A DNA stretch of 64,000 nucleotides from Chloroflexota bacterium (GTDB lineage Bacteria > Chloroflexota > Anaerolineae > Anaerolineales > UBA11858). Location of the stretch: positions 24,938-88,937 of the forward strand of contig VGOC01000003.1 in assembly GCA_016865865.1 (NCBI GenBank), written 5' to 3'. Positions 63,144 through 64,000 of this stretch are shown one piece after another. The notes beneath the pieces were generated by a model that ran no database searches, was not told where the DNA came from, and was given only the letters and a program-made list of their open reading frames with translations. Position numbers and translations under genes: made by a program. Each line of letters starts with the position of its first letter. The first letter of the stretch is position 1.

Positions 63144-64000
63144 GATTCGTTATCCTGGTTATTTCCGGCGGGTAACAACAGCGCCCGCGTGCCGTATTTG
63201 ATGCGTTTCTTTCCTTCCTCGCTCAAGTTTTGTCCCTGTTCGATAAGCTTAGCTTCGTCCAAAACGGTTTGCGCTAACTCTGGCTCACCCTGTGCCAGAA
63301 GGTGTGTGGCGACATTCTTCAGCCGGATGCTGGCCTCGGCAAACTTACCATTCGAGATATCTTCGTTGGCCTTTTCCTGCATTCGATAAAGCGTCAGCTT
63401 CGAGAGCGCTTTCGAGATGGGGTGCGAGGGCGTCTCGGGCTGAGGGTTTTCATCAACGGGGCGGAATAGGGTGATCGGAACCTGATACCTGGCAGACCTG
63501 GATGGAATTTCGAAACTGAATGACCCGTCTATCAATAGCGCTTTTTCGATTTCTGGACGAAGCGGGTTCACGATCAGCTCGAGCAGAATCTGTTGGCGAC
63601 CGCCCATCGAGAGAGAACCCAGCTTGATGGGCGACTCGAGGGGTAGCGCCCCAATTTCCGGATTCAGCCTGAAGGCGTAGATCAGGCTGACGCCTGACCC
63701 GCATTGGAAATCCAGCCTCATCCGTTCGGCATAAGCTTTCCTCAATCTTGTCAGCTTATTCGTGAGCAAATCATGAATGTCTTTAGGTTCACGAACGTAT
63801 ATACAATCTCCACCTGTGCGGGTTGCCAGGTCATCGAGCAAGGTATCATTCCACTTGCCTCCAATTCCCAAACTGCTCAGGCCGATGTCCTTTTGGGCTG
63901 CCTCGTCGGCGAGATGTTGGCAGGCAGTTTCATCCCCATATGTGTGACCATCTGTTATCAGGATGATGTGGTTGGTGTGCGATGGACGATAGTTCCTGAG
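63140..64000 (-). CDS. von Willebrand factor type A (vWA) domain protein; 5' end beyond the window
   Basis: The track ORF 63140..63871 continues upstream without a stop to the window edge. Manual translation gives ...NHIILITDGHTYGDETACQHLADEAAQKDIGLSSLGIGGKWND, a vWA beta-strand/loop pattern. ATGA overlap with the FHA gene. Confidence 0.75.
   Translation of the reverse strand, partial: LRNYRPSHTNHIILITDGHTYGDETACQHLADEAAQKDIGLSSLGIGGKWNDTLLDDLATRTGGDCIYVREPKDIHDLLTNKLTRLRKAYAERMRLDFQCGSGVSLIYAFRLNPEIGALPLESPIKLGSLSMGGRQQILLELIVNPLRPEIEKALLIDGSFSFEIPSRSARYQVPITLFRPVDENPQPETPSHPISKALSKLTLYRMQEKANEDISNGKFAEASIRLKNVATHLLAQGEPELAQTVLDEAKLIEQGQNLSEEGKKRIKYGTRALLLPAGNNQDNES

Overview
This 64-kb window is a gene-dense bacterial chromosomal segment of about 55-60% GC with a few AT-richer patches. 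Gene content and lipobox-tethered binding proteins suggest a Chloroflexota/Anaerolineae-like organism, but I cannot verify taxonomy. I found no rRNA, tRNA or CRISPR array. The main blocks, in order:

- **1-4846, minus strand:** an M24 peptidase, an L-fucose-isomerase-like gene, a LacI regulator and a URO-D-like gene.
- **5014-15200, plus strand:** an AsnC-regulated polyamine block (patA, a second class-III aminotransferase, potABCD with an orphan DinJ antitoxin wedged between potC and potD), ending in a tungsten-type aldehyde:ferredoxin oxidoreductase.
- **15265-28768, minus strand:** a LacI-controlled chitooligosaccharide/beta-glycoside locus (ABC importer, GH4, BadF-type kinase, GH18, YdjC deacetylase, GH3, SIS deaminase-like protein, MFS).
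- **28814-30504:** an EamA transporter paired with an unknown membrane protein.
- **30776-33163:** a TPR gene split by a TA-flanked MITE.
- **33516-39490:** hsp20-lon, an orphan receiver, a PHP/AlbA_2 fusion protein and mogA.
- **39996-43968:** two acyl-CoA dehydrogenases and an SDR.
- **45671-52021:** the housekeeping block coaD-recG-degV-yloV-yloU/rpmB.
- **52170-54700:** a Ser/Thr kinase, a DAG-kinase-like protein and an SH3b protein.
- **54739-60699:** a lower-GC dTDP-amino-deoxyhexose cluster with a GT-C glycosyltransferase.
- **60925-64000:** a NarL regulator, then a translationally coupled vWA / zinc-ribbon-FHA / 80-aa / OmpR operon that runs off the window end.

The most striking feature not explained by genes is the density of palindromic REP/MITE-like repeats. 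I count at least nine families and more than 25 copies. They fill most intergenic gaps and supply stop codons or C-terminal tails to several genes. Full, arm-only and core-only forms imply a modular architecture.

Gene starts were refined from ORF-track coordinates plus amino-acid offsets. Hand-located repeat coordinates are good to about +/-2 nt. All family assignments come from motif recognition by eye, not from searches.
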